64,000 bases of DNA from positions 7,235 through 71,234 of the forward strand of contig JAZRQA010000061.1 in NCBI GenBank assembly GCA_045649505.1, read 5' to 3'. The translations under genes were made by a program, and so were the position numbers. Below are positions 27,638 to 37,378 of the stretch, piece after piece. How positions within the stretch are numbered: the stretch's first letter is position 1; each line of letters starts with the position of its first letter. Origin of the DNA: Acutalibacteraceae bacterium. Lineage in GTDB: Bacteria; Bacillota; Clostridia; Oscillospirales; Acutalibacteraceae. Under the pieces are notes generated by a model. That model saw nothing but the letters and a program-made list of their open reading frames with translations. It made no database searches and was not told the DNA's origin.

Positions 27638-27988
27638 ATGTATATTATGAATAACACAAGTGGTCTTGCAATAAACACTGCTGTTGTTGAAAAAATGGCG
27701 GGTATTGCCGCTACAGAGGTTGAGGGAGTTAAAGGCCTTGCCGCTAAAACTGCCGATATTAAGCAGATAATCAGCCGAAATACCGTTTTCAAGCCTGTAA
27801 AGGTAGAAACCAAAAACGGCACCATTGAAATTGATATTTATATCTGTGTAACCGAAAATGCACAGGTAAAGCAGGTTGCTGAGAATGTTCAGGCAAGCGT
27901 TAAGGAAAAACTTCAGAATATGACGGGAAATGCCGTTACCCACGTTAATGTTTACGTTGCCGATGTAGCATTTGAGGAAGAAAAATAA
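27638..27988 (+). CDS. Asp23/Gls24-family alkaline shock protein
   Basis: 116 aa. IAGIAATEVEGV and VNVYV motifs are typical of Asp23. Confidence 0.85.
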   Translation: MYIMNNTSGLAINTAVVEKMAGIAATEVEGVKGLAAKTADIKQIISRNTVFKPVKVETKNGTIEIDIYICVTENAQVKQVAENVQASVKEKLQNMTGNAVTHVNVYVADVAFEEEK

Positions 27989-28005
27989 CAATACGATTTG
28001 TTTTT

Positions 28006-28038
28006 AGGAACGCTATGTTAAGAAGCGTTCCTTTTTTT
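28006..28038 (+). terminator. Intrinsic terminator after asp23
   Basis: AGGAACGCT-N9-AGCGTTCCT followed by T6. Confidence 0.8.
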
Positions 28039-28045
28039 AAAAAGT

Positions 28046-28076
28046 AATCCCCCGTCCTTTGAAAGGACGGGGGATT
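28046..28076 (-). terminator. Intrinsic terminator after aspS
   Basis: AATCCCCCGTCCTTT / AAAGGACGGGGGATT stem 5 nt beyond the aspS stop. Confidence 0.8.
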
Positions 28077-28080
28077 TTTA

Positions 28081-29865
28081 CTATTTATTCTGATTTATAA
28101 TTGCAATAGAAAGGTCGTTAAGCTGAGTAGCGTCTACACAGCTCGGCGCGCCGCTCATAAGCTCACCCGAGTTTGAAACCTTGGGGAACGCAATAACATC
28201 GCGCAGTGTTTCACAGCCGCACATAAGCATAGCAATTCGGTCAAGACCTATGCCCATACCGCCGTGGGGCGGTGCACCGAAACGAAATGCATCAGTAAGG
28301 AATCCGAACTTCTCGTGCGCCTGCTCGTCGGTAAGACCGAGTGCCCTGAACATCTTGCTCTGAAGCTCGGGGTCGGTAATACGAATGGAGCCTGAGGAAA
28401 GCTCAACACCGTTAAGCACAAGGTCATACGCCTTGGCGAACACCTTTGCAGGGTCGGTGTCAAGGTACTGGATGCTTTCATCCAGCGGTGAGGTAAAGGG
28501 ATGATGCATTGCATCCCAGTTGCCCGTTTCCTCATTGTACTCAAAGAACGGGAATTCGGTTATCCAAAGGAAATTAAAGGTATTGGGAATAATGTCAAGC
28601 TTCTTTGCAACGGTTAAACGTAAAGCGCCCAGTACAGGCAGAGTTATCTTAGCCTTGTCGGCAATAATAAGAATAACGTCGCCCTGCTTTGCGCCCATAC
28701 GGGAAAGAATACCGTTCATTTCATCTTCGCTCATAAACTTGGCAAAGGAGCAATTTGGTACTTCCTCGGCCCAACGGATAAAGGCAAGGCCCTTTGCGCC
28801 GATTCCTCTCACCTGCTCGGTGAGCTTGTCTATCTCTTTTCTCGTGAGCACCCCTGCGGCGTTCTCGGCATTTATTGCCCTGACTGTGCCGCCGTTTTTA
28901 ACAGTATCGGAAAATACTGAAAATCCGCAGTTTTCCACAATATCCGAAATATCGGTTATCTTAAGGCCAAAACGGGTATCGGGCTTATCGGAGCCGTAGC
29001 TGTTCATAGCCTCGGTATAGGTCATACGGGGAAGGGGTGTGGGAATATCAATATCCAGAACATCCTTGAACAGGCGCTTAACATAGCCTTCGCCAATGGA
29101 TAAAACATCCTCAATATCAACAAAGGACATCTCAAGGTCTATCTGTGTAAACTCCGGCTGGCGGTCTGCGCGAAGGTCCTCATCACGGTAGCAACGCGCA
29201 ATCTGCATATAGCGATCAAAACCCGAGAGCATTAAAAGCTGCTTATACATCTGAGGGGACTGCGGCAGCGCAAAGAAGCTTCCAGGATGTACGCGTGAGG
29301 GAACAAGATAATCTCTTGCGCCTTCGGGTGTAGATTTTATAAGGGTGGGTGTTTCTATCTCAATAAATCCGTTTTCATCAAAATAGTCACGGGTCACCTT
29401 AGCAATGCGGTGACGGGTGAGAATGTTGTTTTGAAGATTTGCGCGGCGCAGGTCAAGATAGCGGTACTTAAGGCGCAATTCTTCGTTTGCGTTGGTATCG
29501 GTCAAAATTTCAAAGGGCGGTGTTGCGCTTATACCAAGAACATTTAAGGTATCAACGGCAATCTCAATTTCGCCTGTGGGTATCTCCTTGTTTATTGAAG
29601 AGCGGATTCTAACAGTACCCTTTGCCATAACCACATATTCACTGCGTATTTCAAACGCTTTATTGAATACATCTCTGTCGGTAGCATCGTCAAAAGCAAG
29701 CTGAACAATACCTGTACGGTCTCTCAAATCAATGAAAATAAGGGAGCCAAGATCGCGCTGACGCTGTACCCAGCCTGCAACAGTAACGGTTTTTCCCTCA
29801 TCCTCGCGGCGCAACGCTGCGCAATATACACTTCGGCGAAGCTCGCCCATTTTATCAAGTTTCAT
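28081..29865 (-). CDS. aspS: Aspartyl-tRNA synthetase
   Basis: 594 aa. OB-fold N-terminus and class II motifs (FFALPQSPQMYKQLLM, GGMGIGLDR). Confidence 0.95.
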   Translation of the reverse strand: MKLDKMGELRRSVYCAALRREDEGKTVTVAGWVQRQRDLGSLIFIDLRDRTGIVQLAFDDATDRDVFNKAFEIRSEYVVMAKGTVRIRSSINKEIPTGEIEIAVDTLNVLGISATPPFEILTDTNANEELRLKYRYLDLRRANLQNNILTRHRIAKVTRDYFDENGFIEIETPTLIKSTPEGARDYLVPSRVHPGSFFALPQSPQMYKQLLMLSGFDRYMQIARCYRDEDLRADRQPEFTQIDLEMSFVDIEDVLSIGEGYVKRLFKDVLDIDIPTPLPRMTYTEAMNSYGSDKPDTRFGLKITDISDIVENCGFSVFSDTVKNGGTVRAINAENAAGVLTRKEIDKLTEQVRGIGAKGLAFIRWAEEVPNCSFAKFMSEDEMNGILSRMGAKQGDVILIIADKAKITLPVLGALRLTVAKKLDIIPNTFNFLWITEFPFFEYNEETGNWDAMHHPFTSPLDESIQYLDTDPAKVFAKAYDLVLNGVELSSGSIRITDPELQSKMFRALGLTDEQAHEKFGFLTDAFRFGAPPHGGMGIGLDRIAMLMCGCETLRDVIAFPKVSNSGELMSGAPSCVDATQLNDLSIAIINQNK

Positions 29866-29877
29866 TTTATAAACCTC

Positions 29878-31185
29878 CTACTGCGCGATAGCATTTGTAA
29901 GATTATCTATAGCCATGGTCTGTTTTGCCGCATAAAGCTCATCAACTATATTTTCAAGGTCAATTTCTCGGCTTTCGCCGTTTTCCATATTCTTTATGTT
30001 GGCCTTTTTGTTTTTAAGCTCATCATCACCGAGCACCATCGTAAATGCGGCACCAAGCTTGTTGGCGTAGCGCATCTGCGCCTTAACGCCCCTACCGCTT
30101 ATCTCGCATTGGGCAGCAAATCCCTCGGCGCGTAGCTTGGCGCAAAGACCGCTTGCCTTAACTGCAGCATCGGCGCCCATTGCGGCAATAAATAAGTCGC
30201 ATTTTTCAGGTTTTGGAAGATCAATACCTTGATTTTCAAGCACAAGCATAAGGCGCTCGATACCCATTCCAAAGCCTAAAGCAGGGAGCGCGGGACCGCC
30301 CATCTGGGAAACAAGCCCGTCATATCTGCCGCCGCCGCAAACGGTACCCTGAGCACCAATATCGTTTGAAACAAACTCGAAAACAGTCCTTGTGTAGTAG
30401 TCAAGCCCTCTTACAATATGAGGGTCGACAGTATACTCAATACCCATTGCGCTAAGATGGCTTTTAACGCCCTCAAAATGCTCGGCACATTCATCGCAAA
30501 GGTAGTCTATCATAACAGGGGCTTGCTTTGCTATTTTAGAGCATATGGGTGACTTGCAATCTAAAATTCGCATAGGATTACGCTCAAGCCTGTCCTTACA
30601 GGTTTCGCACAGCTCATCAGTGTGTGCGGCAAAATAGGCTTTAAGAGCCTCGTGATATTTTGCTCTGCAGGTAGGACAGCCTATGGAATTTATCTGCAAG
30701 GAAAGATTTTTAATACCAAGTCCACTCAGCACACTGCGGCCAAGGGCTATGACCTCGGCATCGGCACCGGGCTCACCGGCACCAAAGCACTCAATGCCAA
30801 ATTGGTGAAACTCCCTGAGTCTGCCTGCCTGAGGCTTTTCGTAGCGGTAACAACCGCCTATATAACAGACCTTAAGAGGCAACGCGCCATTTACAAGGCC
30901 GTTTTCTATAGCGCTGCGCACAACACCGGCAGTAAGTTCGGGGCGAAGCGTGATGCTCCTTCCGCCCTTATCGTCAAAGGTATACATTTCCTTTTGAACA
31001 ACATCGGTAGTATCACCAACGCTGCGCTTGAACACCTCGGTATGCTCAAATACGGGTACACGTATCTCCTTAAATCCGTAAAGCCTTGCGGTGTCAAGCA
31101 TATATTCTTCGACAAATTGCCATTTATAGCTGTCCTCAGGTAACAGGTCACAGGTTCCCTTAATAGCACGGTTTATTTCAGCCAT
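29878..31185 (-). CDS. hisS: Histidyl-tRNA synthetase
   Basis: 435 aa. Motifs include YRYEKPQAGRLREFHQ, GGGRYDGL and GFGMGIERL. Confidence 0.95.
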   Translation of the reverse strand: MAEINRAIKGTCDLLPEDSYKWQFVEEYMLDTARLYGFKEIRVPVFEHTEVFKRSVGDTTDVVQKEMYTFDDKGGRSITLRPELTAGVVRSAIENGLVNGALPLKVCYIGGCYRYEKPQAGRLREFHQFGIECFGAGEPGADAEVIALGRSVLSGLGIKNLSLQINSIGCPTCRAKYHEALKAYFAAHTDELCETCKDRLERNPMRILDCKSPICSKIAKQAPVMIDYLCDECAEHFEGVKSHLSAMGIEYTVDPHIVRGLDYYTRTVFEFVSNDIGAQGTVCGGGRYDGLVSQMGGPALPALGFGMGIERLMLVLENQGIDLPKPEKCDLFIAAMGADAAVKASGLCAKLRAEGFAAQCEISGRGVKAQMRYANKLGAAFTMVLGDDELKNKKANIKNMENGESREIDLENIVDELYAAKQTMAIDNLTNAIAQ

Positions 31186-31288
31186 CTAATATCCTCTCCA
31201 ATACCGAAAAACGGCATAATGTATGGGAGGATGCTATCCTCCCGTAAAGTTCACAGGGCGGCATTTGCGCCGCCCGATAGTTTTGTTA

Positions 31289-31687
31289 TCAGCCCTTGCG
31301 CACAATATCACGCCAGTCAAGATCACCGCGCTCAAGTCCATGAATAAGCATTTCAGCCGTTGCAATATTGGTGGCAACGGGAATATTATGAACATCGCAA
31401 AGGCGCAGCATTACCTGATCGTCATTTTCACCCTTAGGATTGAGCGGGTCGCGGAAGTAAAGCACAAGGTCAATTTCATCGCAACCTATTCTCGCGGCAA
31501 TCTGCTGAGAGCCGCCCTGAGAGCCGCCTAAAAAGCGTATTATATTAAGCCCTGTAGCTTCGGCAACGGTTTTTCCCGTCGTACCTGTAGCAAGCAAAGT
31601 ATGTCTGCTTAAAATGCCGCAGTAGGCAATACAAAACTGTACCATAAGCTCTTTTTTTGCGTCATCTGCAATCAAAGCAATGTTCAT
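31289..31687 (-). CDS. mgsA: Methylglyoxal synthase
   Basis: 132 aa. Motifs include IALIADDAKK, LLATGTTG and GPLGGDQQ-like GGSQGGSQQ. Confidence 0.9.
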   Translation of the reverse strand: MNIALIADDAKKELMVQFCIAYCGILSRHTLLATGTTGKTVAEATGLNIIRFLGGSQGGSQQIAARIGCDEIDLVLYFRDPLNPKGENDDQVMLRLCDVHNIPVATNIATAEMLIHGLERGDLDWRDIVRKG

Positions 31688-31734
31688 TTAAATCATCCTC
31701 GCTGTATCTAATTTAACAAGACCATAAATTTAGT

Positions 31735-32466
31735 CTATATTTTTTTTGGTTTCGGCAATCGCACATTCTCTCCCTGAAGGCGTTTTGAAATTCGGAAAAA
31801 AGCCCTGGCCGCGCGTCCTTTTTTTAAAGGCTTGCCCTTTGCGGCGGCAACCATAAGTTCCTGTGCGTAAGGAACAATTCCGATAAGCTGAATCCCTGTG
31901 TGGTCAATAGTGTCGTCAATGTTTTTATAAATTCCGCTTTTAATAAGCCGAATATCAAATCTGTTTAGAACCATGCGCACATTGTCAGAGAAAGCACAAA
32001 TTCTTTCGCATATACCCGCCGCATCTCTTATACACACGACATCGGGGGTCACTACCACAAGATGTGTTGTACCGCTCGGCATTGCTGCGCAAAGCTTAAA
32101 ATCAACGCCTGCGGGGAAATCAAAAATAACAATATCGTAAAGGCCTGCAACCTCTGCGGCAAAGCTCGCAAAGGAAAAGGTATCTATCATACCTTCATCG
32201 GCAGGTGCGGCAAGAAGATCTAATTTTTTAAATCCCTCAACCGCGCAAACAGCATCCTCAAGAGGCTTTCCAAGCAGTACATCGCTTATATCAAATACAA
32301 GACGGGCGCTTACTCCAAGCATTAAATCAAGGCATCTTAGCCCCGCATCCATATCAACAAGCAGTACGCTTTTACCCGCCGCGGCAAAGGCACAGGAAAG
32401 TCCTGCGCTGAAGGTGGATTTTCCAACCCCACCTTTGCCGGAGGTCACGGTATAAATTTCACTCAT
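31735..32466 (-). CDS. MinD/ParA-family P-loop ATPase (MinD-like)
   Basis: Deviant Walker A SGKGGVGKST. Sits between PBP2 and mgsA, where clostridial min genes usually lie, but no minC or minE is seen. Confidence 0.65.
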   Translation of the reverse strand: MSEIYTVTSGKGGVGKSTFSAGLSCAFAAAGKSVLLVDMDAGLRCLDLMLGVSARLVFDISDVLLGKPLEDAVCAVEGFKKLDLLAAPADEGMIDTFSFASFAAEVAGLYDIVIFDFPAGVDFKLCAAMPSGTTHLVVVTPDVVCIRDAAGICERICAFSDNVRMVLNRFDIRLIKSGIYKNIDDTIDHTGIQLIGIVPYAQELMVAAAKGKPLKKGRAARAFFRISKRLQGENVRLPKPKKI

Positions 32467-32535
32467 AAAACCGTTACTCCTATATCATATATATCTAAAG
32501 CAGATTTTAACATAAAGTTGCTATCTCGTCAAGAT

Positions 32536-34527
32536 TTATTCTAATACAACATAAGGCTTTTGATATGTTGTATCGGTTTCGTCGGCAAAGAAATATGCGT
32601 CCATAATAGTCTTGGCAACGGTGGCGGCGTAGGAGCTTACCTCGCCGTGCTCCAACACAACGGCTATAGCTATTTCGGGGTTATCAAAGGGGGCGAAGGC
32701 TATAAAGACGCAGTGGTCGGGACCTGAGGTTGTCTGTGAGGTACCCGTTTTACCGCCTACCTTAAGCGGATAACTGCCGAATACTCCGCTACCTGTACCG
32801 TCGGTAGTAACCGAAAGCATTCCTTCCTTAACGTCCTCAAGATTTTTTTCCGATATTTTAATTTTATTAAGTTGTTTGCCCTTATTCTCGTAATAGGTCT
32901 CACTCAGGTCGTAGGAAACAGTCTTGGATATAAGCGATGCTTGATGGCGTGTTCCGCCGTTGGCAAGTGTTGCAGTATAGCTTGCAAGCTGTAGCGGAGT
33001 GAAGGCGTTCATTTGTCCAATAGCCGCCTGCAGTGTGTCACCGCCCATACTATCGGTAGTGGGCTCAACAAGCAGACCTGCCGAGGCAGAAACCTCGGTT
33101 TTCGGGGCAACGCCAAGACCGAATTGCTTAAAGTAATCGGTAAGCTTCATAATACCTATGCGCTTGCCGAGTTCGAAGAAATAGTAGTTACAAGAGCGAG
33201 ACAGAGCTTTTGTGAGAGCTGTGCTTCCGTGCCAACCCATACAGTTTGGTCTATAGTCTGAAAAGAAGGTGTATGTGTGCTGGCAGTAAATACTTTCATC
33301 GCTGGTGACAAGACCGTTTTCAAGAGCCGCAATCGCAACGGCAGGCTTTATAGTGGAACCTATAGGATATATACCGTTAAAGGCGCGGTCGGTCAGCGGT
33401 TTTGCAGGGTCGTTTGCAAGGGATGAATATATCTCATGGTAGGTAGACATATCGAAGGAGGGATAGTTAGCCGAAACAATTACCTCGTTGGTATCTACTT
33501 TAACTGCAACTGCGGCACCGCCTACAACTCTGCCGCCTTTTTGATTTCTGTTTGACTGCGCTTTTTTAATAACGCCCGCCAGAGAGTCCTGCGCTGTGCG
33601 CTGAATTGTTTTATCAAGGGTCAGCATAATCGTTTTACCCGAAACAGGTTCTTTGGTAACGGTGGTTTCAAGTATAGTACCCTTTGAATCTATTTTATAG
33701 GTTATCTCACCGTCAGTACCGCGAAGGTCGCTTTCGGCATAGGCTTCAATACCGCTTTTTCCCACCTTATCGTTATAGGAGTAGCCTTTTTCCTTAAGCT
33801 CGGCCCACTCCTCAGCATAAATGGGACCAAGCTCCCCGATAATGTTAGGGGCAAGGGTGGTATCAACATATTCTCTGAACGGAGTTATGTCAACCGTAAC
33901 ACCGTTAAGAATAAAATTATATTCACTTATAACGCGCATAAGCTCGGCTGAGATATCCTCGGCAAAAATGTAGGGGTTAGTAACCGAGAAATCTGTAATT
34001 TCCATTGAATAGCGAACACCCATAATAAGGCGTTGCTGTGCGCGGGAGTAGTTTTCAAGGGAATAGCGTTTAACCATCTGCACAAAGCAGTTTTCAGCCG
34101 TTGCGTAATCGGCAAGGTTAAGTGTCGCAATAAGCTGATTTTTTGCCGTTTCTTCACCCTTGTAGGTAAAGGGTTCGCCCTGTGATAGGGGCAGTTTGTC
34201 CTCCCACTGCGCATTTTTATCTTTAAAAATGCCTATAAGGCGTAAAATGGTATCATTAAGCTGAGCGCGGCGGATGTTGGCGCTGTTAAAAACAACATTA
34301 TATCCGTCACGGTTAACGGCTATTTGCCGCCCGTAGCAGTCAAGTATCTCACCGCGCGGAGCCTTTATTTTTGAAACAATGGTGGAAATTCCCGCGCCCT
34401 GCGCTGTGTAGGTATCGGCATTAACTATCTGGAGTGAGCAAATGCGCACAACGTAAAGCAGCACGATAACCACTGCGATTATTGACAACACGGTTATTCG
34501 CGTCTGCTTTTTTCTTGTAAATGCCAT
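32536..34527 (-). CDS. Penicillin-binding protein 2 (elongation transpeptidase)
   Basis: N-terminal TM anchor and dimerisation domain. Transpeptidase motifs STIKP, SRSCN and KTGTS. The start could be 34527 or 34536. Confidence 0.9.
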   Translation of the reverse strand: MAFTRKKQTRITVLSIIAVVIVLLYVVRICSLQIVNADTYTAQGAGISTIVSKIKAPRGEILDCYGRQIAVNRDGYNVVFNSANIRRAQLNDTILRLIGIFKDKNAQWEDKLPLSQGEPFTYKGEETAKNQLIATLNLADYATAENCFVQMVKRYSLENYSRAQQRLIMGVRYSMEITDFSVTNPYIFAEDISAELMRVISEYNFILNGVTVDITPFREYVDTTLAPNIIGELGPIYAEEWAELKEKGYSYNDKVGKSGIEAYAESDLRGTDGEITYKIDSKGTILETTVTKEPVSGKTIMLTLDKTIQRTAQDSLAGVIKKAQSNRNQKGGRVVGGAAVAVKVDTNEVIVSANYPSFDMSTYHEIYSSLANDPAKPLTDRAFNGIYPIGSTIKPAVAIAALENGLVTSDESIYCQHTYTFFSDYRPNCMGWHGSTALTKALSRSCNYYFFELGKRIGIMKLTDYFKQFGLGVAPKTEVSASAGLLVEPTTDSMGGDTLQAAIGQMNAFTPLQLASYTATLANGGTRHQASLISKTVSYDLSETYYENKGKQLNKIKISEKNLEDVKEGMLSVTTDGTGSGVFGSYPLKVGGKTGTSQTTSGPDHCVFIAFAPFDNPEIAIAVVLEHGEVSSYAATVAKTIMDAYFFADETDTTYQKPYVVLE

Positions 34528-34796
34528 TTGTCTCACCTCCTGTGTAGTGATTATAATGAATATAGGTTGGTGAAAAAGCGCACTTGCGCTTTTTCACGGA
34601 CAAATTTTTAATTTGTCCGTGAAATTATAAAAATAATTTCACCTATTTCATTGCAATGATGTCGGCGTAAATAATCAAGGATTATTTACATAAAACCGCT
34701 ATGTGTAGCGGTTTTTCGAAAAACCTTTATTTGAAAGCTTTTCGACTACCGATTATCATTATAAAAACGTATATTGATTTTTCGGAGGAAAAAACT

Positions 34797-36080
34797 ATGG
34801 ATAAAGCGTTAATTGGTACAAAATGTGTACAAGGCGGTTACCGTCCTTCAAACGGTGAACCAAGACAGGTACCCATTATTCAGAGTACCACTTTTAAATA
34901 TGCTACAAGCGAGGAAATGGGCAAGCTGTTTGACCTTGAGGCAAGCGGTTATTTCTATTCCCGTCTTCAAAACCCCACCTGTGACACGGTTGCTGCAAAG
35001 ATATGCGAGCTTGAGGGCGGAACTGCCGCAATGCTTACCTCATCGGGTATGGCGGCAAGCTTTCTCGCTGTGTTTAATATTTGTTCTTGCGGAGACCATT
35101 TCATTTCAAGTTCAGCAATTTACGGCGGAACATTTAACCTTTTTGCGGTTACACTAAAGAGAATGGGTATTGAATGTACCTTTATCTCCCCCGACTGCAC
35201 CGATGAAGAGTTTCACGCCGCCTTTAAGGATAACACCAAGCTTGTATTTGGTGAGACCATTGCCAACCCTGCTTTAAGGGTTTTGGATATTGAGCGTTTT
35301 GCCAATATTGCGCACGCCCACGGCGTTCCCCTTATTATTGATAACACCTTCCCCACACCCGTTCACTGCAGACCTTTTGAGTGGGGTGCTGATATTGTTA
35401 CCCACGCTACCACAAAGTATATGGACGGTCACGGAAGTGCTGTAGGCGGTGCTATAGTTGATTCGGGTAAATTTGACTGGACTAAATATCCCGATAAATT
35501 CCCCGGACTTTGCACACCCGATGAAAGCTATCACGGTATTACCTACACCGAACGTTTTGGTATTGAGGGCGCATATATAACCAAGGCCACCGCTCAGCTT
35601 ATGCGCGACCTTGGCGTTACCGCCGCACCTATGAGCGCATATCTTTTAAACCTTGGTCTTGAGAGCCTGCACGTAAGGATGAAGCGACACTCCGATAACG
35701 GTCTTGCAGTTGCTAAATTCCTTGAGAATCACGAAAAAATCGGTTGGGTTAATTTCCCTGGGCTTGAGGGCAACGAGGATTATGAATTAACACAAAAATA
35801 TCTTCCCGACGGCACCTGCGGTGTAATCAGCTTCGGTGTTAAAGGCGGAAGAGAGGCAGCCTCTAAGTTTATGAAGGCGCTAAACCTTATTGCTATTGAA
35901 ACTCATGTTGCCGATGCTCGTTCGTGTTGTCTGCACCCTGCTACCGCAACACACAGACAGTTAAGCGATGAAGAACTTGTCTTAGCGGGAGTTGGTCCCG
36001 ACCTTATCCGTCTTTCTTGCGGTCTTGAGGATGCCGCCGACCTTATTGCCGATATTGAACAGGCACTGAGCAATGTATAA
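34797..36080 (+). CDS. metY: O-acetylhomoserine sulfhydrylase (PLP-dependent Cys/Met family)
   Basis: 427 aa from MDKALIGTKCVQGGY. PLP-lysine region HATTKYMDGHG. GGAGGA lies upstream of ATG 34797. Confidence 0.9.
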   Translation: MDKALIGTKCVQGGYRPSNGEPRQVPIIQSTTFKYATSEEMGKLFDLEASGYFYSRLQNPTCDTVAAKICELEGGTAAMLTSSGMAASFLAVFNICSCGDHFISSSAIYGGTFNLFAVTLKRMGIECTFISPDCTDEEFHAAFKDNTKLVFGETIANPALRVLDIERFANIAHAHGVPLIIDNTFPTPVHCRPFEWGADIVTHATTKYMDGHGSAVGGAIVDSGKFDWTKYPDKFPGLCTPDESYHGITYTERFGIEGAYITKATAQLMRDLGVTAAPMSAYLLNLGLESLHVRMKRHSDNGLAVAKFLENHEKIGWVNFPGLEGNEDYELTQKYLPDGTCGVISFGVKGGREAASKFMKALNLIAIETHVADARSCCLHPATATHRQLSDEELVLAGVGPDLIRLSCGLEDAADLIADIEQALSNV

Positions 36081-36105
36081 AAATAATTTTTAACGAGGTA
36101 ATATA

Positions 36106-37023
36106 ATGCCTATTAAAATACCGAACGACCTCCCTGCAGTACAAACGCTGTTGGACGAAAATATTTTTGCCATAACCGAAACAAGGGCAATTACTCAGGA
36201 TATTCGTCCCCTTAAAATTCTGCTTCTCAATCTTATGCCTAAGAAGATAGAAACCGAGACCCAGATTTGCAGAATTTTGGGTAACACCCCCTTACAGATA
36301 GAGTTAACCCTTATCCGCACAAGCACCCACGAGGGTAAAAACACCTCAAAGGAACATCTTCTTGCGTTTTATAAGACCTTCGAGGATGTAAAACACGAAA
36401 ACTTTGACGGTATGATAATCACGGGCGCGCCCGTTGAGCAGCTTGAATTTGAACAGGTCGATTACTGGGATGAGCTTTGCACTATTATGGATTGGAGCAC
36501 CACTCATGTGCACAGTACAATGCACATTTGTTGGGGTGCACAGGCAGGTCTTTACCACCATTTTGGAATAAAAAAGCATCCCCTTGACAAAAAACTTTTC
36601 GGGGTATTTGCGCACAAATGCGAACACCCGAAATCTATGCTCCTTCGTGGCTTTGACAGCGTTTTTTACGTGCCCCACTCCCGTTATACCGAGGTAAGGC
36701 GCGAGGATATTCTTTCGTGTAAGGATTTAAAAATACTTGTTTCCTCACCTGAAGCAGGTGTGCATATTGTTGCCCAGAACGGCGGAAGAAGATTTTTTGT
36801 TATGGGTCACGCGGAATATGACCCCCTCACCCTTGATGCAGAATATAAGCGTGATGCCGCCGCGGGACTTGACACCGCAATCCCCAAAAATTACTATCCC
36901 GACAACGACCCCGATAAATTCCCCATTGTAAACTGGCGCGCACACGGAAGTCTTATTTTTATAAATTGGCTCAACTATTTTGTGTACCAGTCTACCCCCT
37001 ATGACCTAAAGGAAATAAAATAA
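36106..37023 (+). CDS. metA: Homoserine O-acyltransferase (MetA family)
   Basis: 305 aa. Motifs include [23 protein letters not shown] and ICWGAQA. Confidence 0.9.
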   Translation: MPIKIPNDLPAVQTLLDENIFAITETRAITQDIRPLKILLLNLMPKKIETETQICRILGNTPLQIELTLIRTSTHEGKNTSKEHLLAFYKTFEDVKHENFDGMIITGAPVEQLEFEQVDYWDELCTIMDWSTTHVHSTMHICWGAQAGLYHHFGIKKHPLDKKLFGVFAHKCEHPKSMLLRGFDSVFYVPHSRYTEVRREDILSCKDLKILVSSPEAGVHIVAQNGGRRFFVMGHAEYDPLTLDAEYKRDAAAGLDTAIPKNYYPDNDPDKFPIVNWRAHGSLIFINWLNYFVYQSTPYDLKEIK

Positions 37024-37041
37024 GAAATTTTTAAAAAGGTC

Positions 37042-37070
37042 TTGACAAACAAAAAGCACTGTGTTACAAT
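37042..37070 (+). promoter_or_regulatory. Sigma-A type promoter of T-box leader 1
   Basis: TTGACA, 17-nt spacer, TG-n-TACAAT. Confidence 0.65.
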
Positions 37071-37076
37071 ACGAAA

Positions 37077-37353
37077 AAATATAAAGGCAATGACGAAGAC
37101 GGTTTAGTTTTTCGGTTTTCAGAGAATCGGCGGTTGGTGCAAGCCGATAACCTACAAACTTTGTAACCCATCCCTTCCGAGCCGGAGGTAAAAAAGGCGT
37201 TTCGCTTAGTAGATATCTCCCGTGATTGCTGCGTAAAGGCATAGGAATTGTAAGATTCCGAGAGTGGCAGTTTTTACTGCAATTTGAGTGGTACCGCGGA
37301 TGTGAATTATCACACTCGTCTCAAAGAAATTGAGACGGGTGTTTTTTATTTTT
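37077..37353 (+). promoter_or_regulatory. T-box riboswitch leader 1 (specifier read as AUC, Ile)
   Basis: Stem I has a GA motif (AATGA..GA), an AGAGA bay and a GGTGCAA distal loop. T-box core is AATTTGAGTGGTACCGCGG (37281-37298). Terminator spans 37312-37340 with a T-run. ATC at 37170-37172 lies just 5' of the lower helix. Confidence 0.9.
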
Positions 37354-37378
37354 TAACCTGTCGAAAGGTGTGAGAAAA

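Noticed and set aside
31186-31288. Possible T-box leader or attenuator upstream of hisS-aspS, including two GC-rich hairpins (31226-31244 and 31255-31274)
   Set aside because: The gap is only ~100 nt and has no T-box core or Stem I motifs. The hairpins lack following U-runs on the minus strand. They are most simply weak terminators or stabilisers between mgsA and hisS. serS likewise has no leader, sitting 20 nt after parB.
34537-34796. Possible SAM riboswitch or Met T-box upstream of metY-metA
   Set aside because: I could not find the SAM-I core, other SAM-class motifs I know, or a GGTGGTACCGCG T-box core. Only generic hairpins are present, and these are reported separately as a low-interest finding.
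37006-37242. Small ORFs inside the T-box leaders (37006..37242 -, 39878..40096 +, 39903..40163 -, 46736..46927 +)
   Set aside because: These regions fold into canonical T-box leader structures. The ORFs lack RBSs and are best explained as chance frames in structured RNA.
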